Source: Octopus sinensis
Taxonomy: Eukaryota
NCBI RefSeq assembly: GCF_006345805.1
Contig: NC_042997.1
Coordinates: 77,996,001-78,060,000, forward strand
DNA: 64,000 bases
Direction of reading: 5' to 3'
The position numbers were made by a program, and so were the translations under genes. Numbering within the stretch: the first letter of the stretch is position 1; each line of letters starts with the position of its first letter. The notes under the pieces are model-generated. The model was not told the origin of the DNA and searched no databases. It saw only the letters and a program-made list of their open reading frames with translations. Below, in pieces: positions 12,701-27,700 of the stretch.

Positions 12701-15700
12701 TTGGGCTTTGTTTGAGAAACTATGACTGACATTTAACGGGAATTTTTTTTGCTGTGGTGAAATCCTGACATCCCTGTGGGATAGTAAGTCATCTGTCCTA
12801 AACTGTACAAAGGTGCATGTGCACTGTCAGTAAGGGACAATATGGTGTGTGCAGGTGCTTTGTGAAGACAGTTGTAGAAGTTGTTGAGAAGAGATGTTGT
12901 TTGTTACATGTTGTTTCTGATTTATATTTGTATTGTTATAAGTCCACGTTATAAAGTGGCATATACAGTGAGTTCAAAGAAGGACATAACAGTGTTGATG
13001 TGACACAACAGTGGTGATAAGACATTTGAAGCTCATGGTGGACGTTCTTAGCATGCAAGACCTATTAGCTTCTGTGGTTCAATTGCAATGGAACTACAAC
13101 AGCAACAACAAAAACAAGAGAAACAGCAAGAACAGGTACAACAGCAATTACAACAACAACAAAATCAACAGTTGTTGGAATTATTGTTGTAGTCAAAAAA
13201 CACTTGAGGTTCGTTTTTGGCATACACGTTTACTAATTCAATTGAAGAATTCACATATAATCTGGAAGAAGGAATTACATTTTCTGCATACTTCAGAAGG
13301 TATGAAGGAATCTTCAAGGAAGAGTGTAAAAGCTGGATGGGCGAAAAAAAGGTATGTCTTCTTTTAAGGAAATTATCACCAGCAGAACATGAAAAGTTTT
13401 GTAATTACATCTTGCTGAGAAAACCATCCAAAATTTGTTTCAAGGAAACAATTAAACTATCAGTGAAAGAAGTTCACTATTTAATATTCGCTGGGAATGT
13501 TTGAATTTGCAAAAAAAAAAAAAAGAAATGGAAGATTTTGTCACGTATGCCGGAATCGTAAATAGAGAATGTGAAAAATTTTAAACTTAAATTAAGCCTG
13601 GACATGTTTAAATGTTTAACCTTTGTACAAGAATTAACAACAAATAAAGATGCAGAGGTAAGGGCTCGAATATTGACAAAGCTTGAACAAGATTCAAAAC
13701 TAACCCTACAAATAGTGGCTGAAGAATGCCAAAGAATTATAAAATCTATGATAGGACACAGAAAAATTGAAAAACATTATTCAAATATACATACATGTCG
13801 ACTGGTAACAGATATGAAAAAAGAAAAACAACAGTCAGTATCCAAACCATGTTATGGGTGTGGAGAAACACATTTCGAAAGAAGCTGTCCTTTTAAGAAG
13901 CTAGAATGTTGTGAATGTGGGAAAATTAGACACAATTCACATTGTTGGGTGAAACAAAAAAGGTTGAATGAAAAAAATTTGAGAAAAAAAATATTGTCAG
14001 TGCAAAGTGAACTATTGCCAAACATACCAAACATGCATGAGCTAAAACTTTTTGCGCGATATGGTGTCCCAGACACTATAGTATCTGATAATGGAACGCA
14101 GTTCATGTCAAAGGAATTAAAAAACTTTTGCAAAATGCATGCAATGGAGCATATTGCTACTCCATTATACCTTTCGAGATCGAATGGACGAGCAGAATGC
14201 TTCGTAGACACATTTAAGAGGGCACTGAAAAAAATCTAGAAATGAACTACTAGCTGATACTGCATTGACATAATTCTTAAGTGTCTACTGAATAACACCT
14301 AGCCCCAATACCACATCAGATATGTTGCCAGCTGAACTAATGTTTGCCAGGAAAGTCAGGTCAGTGTTTGACAAATTACTACTGGGAAGAAAAAAATGGA
14401 GAGAAAAACTGAAAATAAGATGAAATACTTCAAAATTGGTGACAAGGTTTTTTTTTGAATATACAGAAATGGAAAGGAAAGTTGAGAAGGAGGTATGATA
14501 AGTAAACATTTAGGAAAAATAACGTACATGGTAAAAGGTCATATGTGGGAACACAAGAGACACCTAAACCAAGTGGAAAAAAATTTACGGAAGAAAAAAT
14601 AAAACATGAAAAGCCAATGGAATTTCTTTATGACATTTTTGATGTTCTGATACCTCAAGGAATAATCAAACCAATGAGTACAGCGACTAGGAAAAGAAAG
14701 CAAACAGAACTTTTGCAAGTAGACCCAAGACGAAAAAAATATTCCAGTTTCTTCCTGGGAAATTGGCAGGGTGAGATGAGGGGAAGGCTGGGAGAGGTGG
14801 TAATAAAAGATAATAAATAAAAGAAAAATATTGACTTCCAACGAAAGTCAAACTCAAAAAGGGACGATGTTGTGGTGAAATCCTGACACCCCTGTGGGAT
14901 AGCAAGTCATCTGTCCTAAACCGTATAAAGGCGCACTGTCAGTGAGGGACAGTGTGGTGTGTGCAGGCACTTTGTGAAGACAGTCACAGAAGTCATTGAG
15001 AAGAGATTGTTTGTCACATGTTGTTTCTGATTTATATTTGTATTGTTATAACCTTGTTATAAAAAGTCCACATTATAAAGTGGCTTATACAGTGTGTTTG
15101 AAGAAGGACATCACAGTGTCAATGAGACACAACACTTTTTCAGTTACAGCAGCTTGCTTTGCTTAGTAGTAGATATTTTTAATATTTAACTTTTACATTT
15201 ACCTTTGTTTTAATAAAATTTGAAGTATTTAATAAAATAGCTATCATATTAAACATGGGAACATAATTAACAATGAAATTTTGATGAAAGATTTTAATCT
15301 TGATCATTATAAAACAGGAAGTTTGTATCATAGAACCAGGCGCTGTCTCATATGGGTTAGTATCAAAATAGTTAAAGTGATACACAAATGGCCAATAATA
15401 TTTCACTATCTGACCAAGAAGTAGAGCATTAGGTGCACTAAATCAATTGGATAGCTAATAGCAAACACAGCTGGACTGCTCAAGCATTTGCTGTTATTCA
15501 GGTGTCCTAATTGATGTTAGATAGCTCATGATAGTTTAACAAGTAGATTTTAAACATAGAAGAGTAGCTAGGTTAACTGCTACCTTTGTTGGAACAAATG
15601 GCTTCTCTTTGCCAGACTTTTTTAGATGCAAGAAAAGTAAAACTTTGGTAGCAAAATGCTGTGAATCTGCAGTAATTGGACAGGAATTAATTGTGTATGA

Positions 15701-18700
15701 TCCAGTTGATGTGGCATGTCAATTGAAGGAAAATTTGGGTCAAATTAAGATGTAAAGTGAGAAGGCATCAAAGGTGTTGGTTGAAAAAATAATTACAATA
15801 AAAGTATAGCTAAAAAATGTTTGTACCAAAATGAATCTGCAATACAAATGGATGATAAATGCTTTGCTGTAGATGGAAGGATGTAACATTTTAACTGTAT
15901 CACATAAGATTTCTACAAAGATTTTTGTATTTTCTGTTAATGGCAAGGGTGTGGATATTATATTTTCTCCCCATTATTAAAGAATTATTTTCATTAATTT
16001 TCAATTTTCTAGGAGGGAAGGACAAGACATCGATGATGATGAAGAGGAGGATGAAGACTATTCACTTCTTGTTGATGCATCGTCAAATTCAAAAGGAAAA
16101 CAACCAAAGCCATTAGCCAGGCAAATACAATTAACTAGGTAATGACACGATTGATTTATTATTTCTTCAATGTTATTTTTATGTAAACTTATACTAAATC
16201 AATATATAAGTTCTACAGATTTGTCCTGTTTTCTGTCTTTCAGTACCCTTCCTTCCTTAAAGCACTACATAATTTCTATTTTAGCATATAAATGATAGGG
16301 ATCATGTTGACTCATTTGATACCAACTCATGCATGACTACCACTGTTTCTATGATATTAGTTTCTTGCTTTGAAGTGATTCAAAATTAAAACTTTCCATC
16401 AAAAGAATTTCATGTTAATTCATGTTTCAAACACTAGCTTAATAAAGACACAGTTATTTTATTTTACTAAATACTTCATTATTTTGAAAATTAATTGTAA
16501 CACAATCAGTGTATTTCAGTTGGAATATGATGATGAAATTGTTAAACTAGGTCTTTGTTTTTATTTCTTCTTGTGATCTTGAGTTTAATGTAAATACTTT
16601 CTTCTTGCTTTTAATTTAATTTTGTGGAAATTAGTTTGTATTAAATGAGTAAACATTGTGAATACCAAAACCTTATCTAGCAAAGAATGCGTTAGGCAAC
16701 ATAGATTAGTGACTTGTGCCTTCGTAGCTGGAAGTGGGCAGGCACAGAAACTAAAAGGTTCTGCAGTTGGGAATAGGTTTAGAGAAATTCTAATTGATGC
16801 ATCCGACTGTAGGGAGAAAAATTTAGATACCTGTAGCATAGACAATTGAAAATTTCTATGAAACAGTTCAGACATGTGACTGGGGCAAAGTCCTGACCTA
16901 CCTGAAAGTGAGATGGTAGAAGAATGATACAGCTGACAGTGATAAAGAAACAGGTTTGGAAAACCTGGAAGGAAGGTGGTAGTAAGGAGCATTAGAAGAG
17001 CAGCTAGTGATAGGTGTATTTTGGCTGAGGATAAAGCAAAAAAGAAAAGATTGCATATCTTACAATGTAAGAATCGGTGACACAAGGTGTTAAGATTTGC
17101 CAGACAGTGTAGGAGAGAGAGCTAAGATGTCATTGGTGAAAAGTATATTTGGAATGATGATAAAGGCATACTCACAAGACAAAGTATCGTGGAAGTGTTA
17201 TAAAGAGAGGCTGCTGAACATGGAGAACACATGGGACAAAGAGGGTATACCTCCTGCTGAACCTGCAGAGGGACCAGCAAATCTAGTTGACAGCAGTGTG
17301 GTAGATAAAGCAAAGTCACAGAAAAGGGAAAGCTTCAGATTCATCAAGGGTAGCTGCAGAGATGTTCAAAATATCTGGTGGGGTATACTTGCTGTATAGT
17401 TACTCAAGTTATACAAGAAGGATTTCTACCCAATGACTGGCATAGCAGTATCTTTGTAAACTGCTACAAAGATACAGGAGATGTGTTGGAATCAAATTAC
17501 TGGATCAGTTTATGAAAACCATGGAGAGAGAGATATAGCTCACTTGACCTGTGGCTAAGTAGACCTAGATGAAATGCAGTTTTTTTTGGCTTCATACCTG
17601 GAAGTGTAGTGTTATCATTAGTAACTTCTATATTTGTTATAAGCACCTTTTAAAATTATTTTGCCATATATTCATGAAAAACTGTTGGGGTTAGTTTATC
17701 ACATATTCAGGATTGCTTTCAAAGGAAGTGCTGATGTATTTGCATGATAAAAACGAGTGCTTAGGTATTCAAAACATTTTCTACAAAATATTTTATTCAG
17801 TGGGTCCATGATCTAATATATAATCATGTTGGTGTTGTATTCATGCTCATCACAATCAGATATCCTAGCAAGAATTTTTTTTCCCCAGTTGTATAATAAT
17901 CCATTTGATATTGTGGGGAGATGTTTCACACATGTTTAGTATATTTTCTTTTCAGATATTAAGTTGTAAATATATGCAGAGAAATATGTACTTAGAAATA
18001 TTTTCTGTCTTTTCTTAGACCTGGAAGCTACTAATGGCATAGCATCAATTATTTCATTTGTTTATGCACATTTTTGTCACTTTCATTTCATTTTTACTGC
18101 TGCTGGCAAGAAAAACACTGAACATCCTGAAAAAGAAAACCATTAGAACTTGTCAGTTATGTAACTTGTCATTTTTGAAAACGAATATGTGACTTAGTTC
18201 ACTGAATTGCAAGCCAAAGGAGAAGACAAACTATTGTAAAATATTAATTTTCACAGTAACTAAATTATATGCACCTAATAAAAGTACAATTTTATAAGGA
18301 AGAGCACAGTCAAAAGGTATCTTGTGTGTTGCTAAACCTGTGAAATTTTCTTGTATGAGTTCTTACATCTTAATAGTAATGAGATCTTTCTGGATCAGAA
18401 TTCAGTGGTAAAAAAATAAAAATCTGACTACAGTTTATTTCCTATAAATATCTGGAAAAATTATCATTGTGGGTATGGCTGTAAACAATCCATACATAGG
18501 TTTACAAGATAAATATATATCTCCAGCAGCTGAAGTAACTTATCCTGTTTTTGACTAAGTTTTGTAGATTTGTTATTTTCCATATTTTCCATTATTTGGT
18601 CACTGGTGTAGAGAGAAGTATATTTTAAAAAAATAGACTTATTCTCCCAATATATATATATGTAAATAAAACACTTTAATCATCAGCATCATCATTTAAT

Positions 18701-21700
18701 GTGCGTTGTCCATACTGGTATGTGTTGGGCAGTTTGACCAGGGCTAGTAAGCTGGAAGACTACACCAGACTCGTCTGATTTGGCATGGTTTTCTATGGCT
18801 GGATACCCCTCCTAATGCAAACCACTTCAAGAGTGTAATGGATGCTTTTACATGCCACTGGCATGGGTGGAATTTGTGTGACTCTAGTATCTGCCATGAC
18901 TGCGATTTTGATGGGTCTTCTCAAGCACGACATAATACCAAAGGTCTCAGCCATTGCTTCTGTGAGGCCTATCACTTGAAAAGAACTCAGCCACTTTGCC
19001 TCCATGAGGCCCAACGCTCAAAAGGAACTCAGCCACAATCTGCCATTCACTCTAAGAAAGAGGCATAATCTGCCATTCACTCTAAGAGAGAGGCCCTTTG
19101 TTGCCAGAGCTCTCTGAACTTTGCCTAGCCTAGCCTAATCTTATTCTCACAGCTATGCTCTTGGAGCATCCACCTCCATTACTAACCTGGTCACCTAGAT
19201 AACGAAAGCTATCTACTACCTCTAGTTTTACCCCCCGTCAGTTGATGGAGTCTATTTTCTGCACATTTTCAGTGTTTATTATACCTGTACATCCTCCACA
19301 TACAAAAACTTGTTTCTCTATTAACCTTCCTCTGATTTTGCTGCACCTTTTATGTGTCCAAAGCTTACATCATGTGCATCTTATGGAGTTTCTACCTACG
19401 CCACTTCTACAGATTGAGCAGGGCTGTTTACCTGAAGGGATTTGTGATTTGTCTGCCTTCCTACTTACTAAGACTTTAGTTTTTGCTAGGTTAACTCTAA
19501 GGCCCTTTGATTCTAGATTTTGCTTCCATACCTGGAACCTCTCTAGTTTTCAATAAGTTTCTTCATTTTGTATAAACTACCAAATTTTTATAAGGAATGG
19601 TACAATCTCAAGATATTTCAAGATCAGCTGTCAGCATGAGTTTTTCTTTATCAGACTGCAATGACATTTGATTATGAGATATTCTGTGATTTGTGCTTAA
19701 GTAGTTAGATTTTAATTCCATATATCTTGTATGCCTTAATATTTATATTGCCTGTACTTTATTGTATTTTGTTTCACTATCTGTTTGCTTTACATTTTAT
19801 GAAAAGTTTCATATTTGTTTTTCAACTTGTATTGGTTCTACTTACTCACCTACAATTGATCTGTAGTGAGCCAGCTGCCCCACCAATTCATGAAGCCCCT
19901 GTTCAGATCATCCGAGAAGTTGTTGAGCCACAATCTTTAAAGGATGTAAGTATGAGGTTGTCAGAATTTTTGATTTCAGTGTGTATGTTTGTGTGTGTTT
20001 TCTCCTTAAAAAAATCCTTTTTTTTATACTTCTCATTTTTCTCCTCTTTTTTTTTTTGTTGTAGATTCAAGCAATGCTTTCTACTATTAACAATAAGTTA
20101 ACAAGATTTGAGTTGCTTTCTCAGCAAATGCAAGAATTGTTTATACAACAGCAACAACAGTTGAAGCAGCAAGCAGCCTTACAACAGATGGCAAAGGTTG
20201 CTGTTACTTTACCAGTCCTTGAGCAGCACTTAAAAAGCATGGAGAATCGAATGACTGGACATTTTGAGCGCTTAATGCACCAACAGTCACAAAGAGAACG
20301 TATCCTTAAAACTTATATTTACTAAATGTAACACTTAAAGAATTTTGGGCCCTGCACTTTAAGATTATAGCAATTTCTCTTAAGAACTGTAATATGTAAT
20401 TGTAAAGACAACCTGGTTGAATAATGCTCCTGCATTTATGATTCATATACTAATGGTATTTTATGTTCTTGGAAAAATCATGTAACTATTCCTTTTTTAG
20501 GATGGTTAGCTTTTTTAAGGATGTATGCAACTTTTTGAAGCATTTATGAAAATTTGGCTTTAATTCCTTGTAATTTCAGTTACGAGGGGCGTTCAATAAG
20601 TAATGCCTCTGACCCACTTGTAGTTGTTTGATCTAGCTGAAATTTTGCATGTGCAATTATTTATATCTCTATAGATTAAGTGGCAAATTACATCTCTGAA
20701 CTAATTGTAGTTTCCGATTTACAGGTGTTTGAACTGAGTCAAGTGTGAAATGGAGCATGTTGAGTGTCGAGCAGTGATCCGGTTTTTGTATTTGAAAGGA
20801 CGCACACGACAGGAGACTTTTGATGAAATGAAAGTAACTTATGGTGATGATGCCCCATCATCTGACCTTGTAAAACGCTGGCATCCTGAATTCAAACATG
20901 GTCGGAACTCTGTGGAAACAGCTCCCAGATCTGGTCGCCCCCTTCTGCCATTGATGAGGCATCTGTCTGTCAAGTTGAGGCTGCCATTTTGGAAGATCGA
21001 CGCATAACTATTTGCCAAATAGCCCATGAGGTCAAGATTAGTACCGGGTCTGTGGAAACTATCATTCATGACCATTTGCATATACAAAAGGTGTCTGCCA
21101 GATGGATTCCCAGGTTGCTCACACCTTTCCAGAAGCAAGAACGCGTCGATTGCTCGAGGATGAATTTGGAGATGTGCCAAGAAGATGAGTCAAAATTTTT
21201 CAAAAGACTGATTGCATAGGATAAAACCTGGGTCCATCACTATGATCCAGAGACCAAAGCCCAGTCAATGCTGTGGAAGCACCGTGACGCACCTCCTCCA
21301 AAGAAGGCAAGGGTGCAGCCCTCCGCTGGCAAGGTCATGCTTACAGTCTTCTGAGACCAGGACGGAGTAGTGAAGACAGATTTCCTGGCAAAGGGTGCCA
21401 CAATTACAGGAGTCTATTATGCTTCACTTCTGAGGAAATTAAGAGAAGCTATCAAAATCAAGAGGCGGGGCAAGATCAGCAAAGGCATCCTCCTCCTGCA
21501 GGACAACGCTCCGATCCACAACTCGCGTGTCGCCAGATCAGAAGCACAGGCGTGCGGCTATGAACTCATCCCCATCCCCCCTACTCTCCTGACTTTGCAG
21601 CCTTGATTTCTGAAGTCACGTCGTGGTTGGAGGACCAAGCTGGGGCCTTCTACAAAAACGGTCTTCAGAGCTGCATCAAACAATGGGAGAAATGCATAAC

Positions 21701-24700
21701 TCTGGGTGGTTCCTATGTAGAAAAAGACTAATAACTGTGCCAAGTTTCGTTGCTCTACTGCTATGGGAAGTGGGTTAGGGGCATTACTTATTGAACGCCC
21801 CTCGTATCTTCTGTGGATCAAACAATATATTGGGACATCCCATAAATAATGTGGTTTTTTTTCAATTGCATGAACTAAAAGTTGGAGTGGTATGGGATAA
21901 ACTACCTGCATCAACTTGCTATAAAAACAGGTAGTAATTTTACCTTGATCTTATGCTTAGTGCAAGTTTTGAAGAGTGCAGTTCGATTTTAACAGTTATT
22001 TTTTTCAAAGCTACAATGGAAGTGACAAAGGAGCATATTCGGCATATTTTGCTTTATGAGTTCAATAAAGACAACAATGCAACAGAAAGTGTGAGGAATA
22101 TTAATGCAGTATATGGGGATTGGTCAACAAGTGCAAGCCAGTGTCAGTGATAGTTCCAGAAATTCTGAACTGGAACTACAGCCTAGAAGATGAGCTTCAT
22201 CCTGGAAGATCTGTAGAGCTCAACGAGGATGTCCTGCAAACTCTGGTGGAACAAAATCCCATTGTAGCTGTTGAGGAACTAGCAGAGAAGCTTGGATTTG
22301 ATCATTCAACCATTCATGGACACCTGCGTGCCATTGGAAAAGTCAGCAAATAGGGTCAATAGGTTCCTTACAAACTTTCGGAGTCTAATCACTTGCAGAG
22401 AGTGAATATGTGCTTTTCTTTGCTGTCACGTCTCATGAATGAACCTTTTTTGGACTGAATAGTGACTGGTGATGAGAAATTAGTTTTCTATAAAAATGTC
22501 AAGTACTGAAGACAGTGAGTAGGGAAAGGAGAAACACTGGCACCCTAGGCTAAAGGTCTTCACCCACATAAGTGTTGTTATCTGTTTGGTGGGATATAAA
22601 AGGTTTAGTCCGCTTTGAACTTTTAAACCCAAACCAAATGGTAACAAAGTAGATCTACTGCGAGCAGCTTGAGTGGCTTAAGTCAGTGCTAGAAGAAAAA
22701 CAATCATCTTTGTTTTCAAGATGAAAGATGCTCTTCCATCAGGATAATGTTCAGCCACATACAGCAAGGATGCCATTCCAAAAGCTGGAGCAGTTTGAAT
22801 GGGAAATGATGCCCCGCCCACCATATTCGTCAGACGTTGCCCCATCTAATTATCATTTATACTGCAGTCTTCAAAATCATTTGGACAAAAAAAATATGAA
22901 TTCTGTAGACGAGGTCAGAACAGTACTGGAGGAGTATTTTTTGTCATGGACAAGTGAATTTTGGAAGAGTGCTTTGCAAGTCTATTAGATAGATGGAAGA
23001 ACATTGTAGAAAATGGAGACTATATTTTAAATTAAATAAGAACTTTATCTTAATTTTGAAAAATAAAAGATGTATAAAAAACTGCATTATTTATGGGATG
23101 ATCCAATACATCATTGGTTATATTGTAGCATTGTACTAGTCTGCTGGCTTGGGATTAATAATAGATAGTAAGTAGAAAGGATAATAGGTAACTATTGCAG
23201 GTTATTATCTTGCTGAGAACTTTGTAGCTTACAGTGTTGGTTCCTCATTCTGATCACAAATATTTTAGACCTCCAGTTTAATGTGCATATGGCTCTTTAT
23301 ACCTAAGTTCATCATAAGCCTTGTAAATTTTTTTTATCATGTAGATCTTTAATAAGGCTTGCATTAACCAACTGACTTAAACACCTAATTTGCTACTGTA
23401 TGTCTTGTGCAAATATCATTAACTGTATCTGCAAGTAGTGAGTGTTGCTCTACTTTGCTAGTTGAAAGAAATAATTTGAATATTTTTTATATTCCTGAAT
23501 GAAGATACAGTTTCTAATTCTTTGCCTGAAAAGTTGAGAGAAAAGCTTAAAGTATTAAACAATGGGTAGTGTGATGTTTTTTTTTTAATATTTAATCTTA
23601 GTTGATTCTGATAATCTAGTTCTTTTATTTTTACTTTTAAGTAGATTCAATTAGCCAATCTTTCTAATTGTGGACTGTTTAAATATTCCTTCATTAGCTT
23701 ATTTGTGCAAGTTGTAGGATATTAAATGTCTACTGGTTAACTGTGGTATTCTTTTACTGTTTCAGTTCCTGGACTGTCAATATTATAAGCTAACTTATTT
23801 CATGCGCACTGGTTTATAAAACAAACTTGACTATTCAGTTATTCCCAAATCTAACTTTGATGATTATAATATTTGAATAATCCCTCCCATTTGTAAATTG
23901 ACTATCAGTGGACCATCCTAGGAATGGTATGACTTTTACAACACAACTAGGAGTTCTGTTCTCTCTCTGAACATTTAATGACCATTACAAGGCAGAAGGG
24001 TCACTACATCTGGTGACATGATAAACCCTCTTCTCATATTATTTAATGGATAGTGTTGTAGGTCTAAATGCCCCTTGGTAAATACCATTGTTTGGTTTAT
24101 GGAACTTATTGGAGCATTCAGTTTAAGCTACTAGCTCTGTGCTTAAGCACCCACTAATTGCTAACTCTCTACAAAGCTCAATATCACAATATCACTGCAC
24201 CATGAGGTGTCAGTGTATACAAGTTAAAAAAGTGTTGATGTTCTTGTGAGCACAATATTTAGAAAGCTCTATGCAAAGCTAACTGATTTACAACTAAGTT
24301 AAATGTTACAAGTATTGAAATAGTGGTTAATAGTAACTCAGAAATGTCTCCCCCTCCCCTACTCATATTGAAACAAAAAGCAAATTGAAAAATTTGAAAG
24401 ATATGAAAGAATTAAAATATTCAAGCCATCCTTTCTTCAAACAATCGTAGACTGATCCAGTGTTTACTAGAGTGACATCAGTCCTTTGATCTTCTAACAC
24501 ATTCACATGCATTCTAACATGCAAACTATGAGCTCTCACCTGGACTTCCTTATATATAAGCCAGGCAGCCTGTTCTTTTCTGCAAAATAAATCTCTAACT
24601 CTACATAAACTATCTCTTGTGTTCAGCTGAACTTTCTGCTCAAACTTCACTTTGAAAAATGATGTTTCTACATATATTGATTCCTCTCTCACCTGGTCTC

Positions 24701-27700
24701 TCTTCTCCAAATATATTTACATCTGTCATTCTCCAGACTCTTTTTGACCATGAAATGCTTAAGCATCCACTAGTTGCTAACTCTCTACAAAGCTCAACAA
24801 CAATAGAATGCTTCCCTCACATCTGGTACAGTACTACTGCTGATGCACATACAAATATCCTAAACTGTGTTAAAATGTTACCTGACTAATTGGTATGATG
24901 TTACTTACCAACACTCAAATTTAATGCCTCCTCACTCACTATTTTCTACCAATACTACATGAATTTATTCTTCTGAGCTAGTTGGTCTCATGCCATCACC
25001 AGTCAGGCCCATCCAACTCACTTATCTTTCCCCAACTTTATTTACTGTTAGTCAGAGGAAAAAAGCAGTGTCCATGGCCCTTTGCAAGACCAATATGATT
25101 CTTGAGAGGGAATGGAAAAGGAAAGTATCATCTAACAGGAGACTTGGGACTGAATGTTTACTATAGTCAATTCCACTAAAGGTGTCTACATGCTAGGTGG
25201 TGGTATAAGGTTAAGTCTACTACTCAATTTTGCTATAATGGGATTTCAACTCAGAACAAAAACAGTTGGAATAGATACCACAAGATATCTTTTATGTAGC
25301 ACTAACAGTCCTGCCACTCTACTACCATAAATTGGTACTTTATGAAGTGACCTCAGAAGGAAAACCATTCACTTCAATCTGATTTGAACTCGGAGTGCAA
25401 GGTGTAGGAATAAATCCTGCCAATTATACTGTTTGACTCTCCAATGACTGCCAATTTGCTGTTCATCTTGTCTACTCCTTCTTGCCTCCATACTAATTAT
25501 TTTGCTCAATTCTTCCTGCATAGAATGCCATTTGCTGGAATTTCCTGTTTGCCCATATTTTTCTTTAGTTGTTGACTTCTAAGTCACTCAAAAACATCAA
25601 AGGCATTGATTTAACATGTCTCGGAATCTAAAGATTGAAGGTGCTGTCTGTTCTTCCAGATAAGAACCATTTATAAAAATAAAAAGTGCATAATAGAACA
25701 TTAAGTTTTTAACCATCACATTATTTAAACATTGCACTTAAAATAATCTTAACGGTATTTTAAGACCTGCTACTTATTGACTGAAAAAGAACCAAAGACT
25801 TGAATCAATGAAATCTAGTTTTCCTTAACTATTCAGACCAAAGATACCAGGAGATTTTGAATGAAACTCAGTCGTATGATAAAAAGCATGAAGCACTAGT
25901 TAATACTCTTTGGCAAGCTGTGGACACAACTCTAAGGAAAAACCTTGAAGTAATGGTTAAAAGTGAGATGAAAAATAACGTTCTTCCAAGTGAGTATGTT
26001 TTCATTTTCCAATCCAGGTAGTTTTGAATGAATGCATTATAGTGGATAATGATTATGGATGCTAGCTATAGATTAATGATTAAAGATTATTGCCTATGAT
26101 CATCTTCAGAAAATGCATGAGTTTGGAGACTTGAAGTTTGCAAGATGGCAGAGAGAGAGAGAGTTAAACAGACAATTGAAATTTTGATTAGAAATTAAAA
26201 TTTGTCTAAGAAATTTACATTCTGATATTTAAACAATACTTTTTTAAAGAGCTTGTCCAGATTTTTTTGTTCAGTCTCTTTCTACAAATTTAAAAATCCT
26301 TTTAAAAATATATCCTTATTGCACTAATTTTCACTTAACTAATTAGTTACACTTTTCTCTTCTAAAAGAAATAATAATATCACTGTGATCTAATGGGATT
26401 CAAAGAGTCCCATTTTCTTCATTGTTTAGAAATGAGATGGAATTCCAACTGCATTAATTAAACAATCAGATTAATTTGTCTTTATATGTTCATATATTTT
26501 ATTAACAAAATTGTGGATATTCAGATAAAAGAGATAGTAATGTTTTTCTGTCTATAGAAAAGGAGCTTAACTCTTTAGATGTGAAACAGTCTATGAAGGT
26601 AGAATAGTTCATAATTTGATCAGATGTACAGTTGAAATTTTGAGAAAGATTGAATTGAGCTATAGAGGCAGCTAGGAATCGAGAGCACCAATTTCCAAAA
26701 GAATTGAAATAAGAATTGGATTTAAAATAGTTGGTTGATATTAACCAGAATAGAAGCAGATGTAACAAATTTTAGAATTTGGTGAGGATTGACTTCAATT
26801 TTGAGAATTAACCCTTTCTTTACTATATTTCTGACCAAAATACACTCCTTATGAGTTTCAAATAAATTCTAAAATAATCGTGAATTTAGACTAGTTTCAT
26901 TAAACAACTGTAACTTTTTTATTTATCAACATATTAATGTGATATTTGGAACATAATTAAAGAAAGAGTTCTTAATCAATTCTATTGCATAACTTTTGTC
27001 TCAAAGTGACTCTAATTACAGAAATACAGGTAAACTGAGCTAAAGGTAAAAATATAAAAAATTTGTTTAAACATCACTATAGAAAATGAATCATCAGCTA
27101 ATATTCAATTGGGTATGCAACAAAATTTTGATATAGAAGAATTGTGCACATCACTAGATTATCAGTCTTAATGCACAACAGAACAGGTGTACCATAAAGG
27201 TGAAATAAACTGAAATACTGGAATCCACCTAAATCCACCGCAAGTTTGACTGAACTAAAACAATCGGTCAAAGAATAATATATGGCCATGGTTATGGTAT
27301 TGAAGGGATAAATTCCAGACCACATTGTACTCTAGGCCATGCTAACTAACAATATTTTCCCTGTATAAAAACTAAATCCACAGCAGTATCCAGTATTTGC
27401 TTCGCAAATTTTCCAAACTTTGATCCCTCATTTCATGGGCTTTCCTGGCATATACTGTTTGTTTACATTCTGCATAACAGTTTGTTTTCGCAGTAATCGC
27501 TTCAAACAAGCATACTGAAAAAAATAAATGTCTAACGGTTTCGCTTCCTAAGAAACACTATGGATAGACTCCATTTCCTCAGAAAAATTGCTAATAAAAA
27601 CATTTTTAAAGTTTTTATTTCATTCCGATGTAAAATTGTCATTGTTGTCGCTATCGCCGCTTTCAGTTTCTTCAGAATCGCTGCTTTTGGTTTTGGATAC

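Noticed and set aside
24363-24710. 115-aa minus-strand ORF within an EDC4 intron
   Set aside because: Non-ATG start, no recognisable motif or splice context.
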